DNA of 27,676 nucleotides from an uncultured Candidatus Marinamargulisbacteria bacterium (GTDB lineage Bacteria; Margulisbacteria; Marinamargulisbacteria; SXXA01; SICP01): NCBI GenBank assembly GCA_964652635.1, contig CAZZBY010000001.1, positions 1 to 27,676 of the forward strand, read 5' to 3'. Shown piece by piece: positions 27,346 to 27,676 of this stretch (position 1 is its first letter; each line of letters starts with the position of its first letter). The notes under the pieces were generated by a model. It saw only the letters and a program-made list of their open reading frames with translations, ran no database searches and was not told where the DNA came from. The position numbers and the translations under genes were made by a program.

Positions 27346-27676
27346 TACTATTTTCTCCTCTTTTGAGTAATTTTTAGACACAGAACAACGGGACATCCCT
27401 CCAGATCAAGCAAGCATCAAGGCATATTCATCCCTAAAAGCGTGATCATGCAATAGCTAAAAAAATGGATAATATCGGTAGTAGTTACAACGTAGTTTAA
27501 TTATAGAAATCTCCAACCCAAAGTCAAACCTTCACACTCTATAAATATCAAACAAAACTTTAGCTTTGAATTGTCAGTACAACAAATTTAATAAAGTCAC
27601 CTATTTTTTCTTGTATAAAAGACTCCCCACTACCAGAGTTCGCAGTATTTGTCCGTGAGTTGCAGCTTCTGAAATC

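Noticed and set aside
27346-27600. NrdR boxes upstream of nrdA
   Set aside because: gtagttacaacgtagttt is only loosely similar, with wrong spacing for acaCwAtATaTwGtg, and no tandem pair.
27601-27675. 3' end of a minus-strand gene cut by the window edge (ISEAATHGQILRTLVVGSLLYKKK*)
   Set aside because: Only 24 codons are visible, so it cannot be supported or identified.

Overview
Gene-dense (mostly housekeeping) chromosomal segment of a roughly 40% GC diderm bacterium. Its gene set and style tentatively suggest Ca. Margulisbacteria or a similar lineage, which is inference only. In order: a triple Zn-finger DEDDh exonuclease with dcd; an NADPH-type flavin disulfide reductase; feoAB behind a consensus sigma70 promoter and a Fur-like 7-1-7 operator; a CBM11-like exported protein; tilS; argS; tRNA-Thr and tRNA-Phe separated by a 115-bp tandem/palindromic repeat array; an alternative polyamine pathway (agmatinase, carboxyspermidine dehydrogenase, nspC) enclosing a Cys-rich leader-like ORF and a His/Cys-rich outer-membrane barrel; comF with a miniaturised mfd; pdxJ; a pterin cluster (folE, bcp, folB, QueD/PTPS); an uncharacterised class I terpene-synthase-like gene paired with a membrane-sensor PP2C (SpoIIE) protein lacking one metal ligand; and class Ia nrdAB. 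No CRISPR array, integrase, transposase or rRNA is seen. The most promising unexplained modules are the terpene-synthase-like/sensor-phosphatase pair (20297-23435), the putative metal-sensing leader plus barrel (10345-11850), and the structured repeat family (8858-9212, 18212-18258). All family assignments come from motif recognition by eye, not from database searches.
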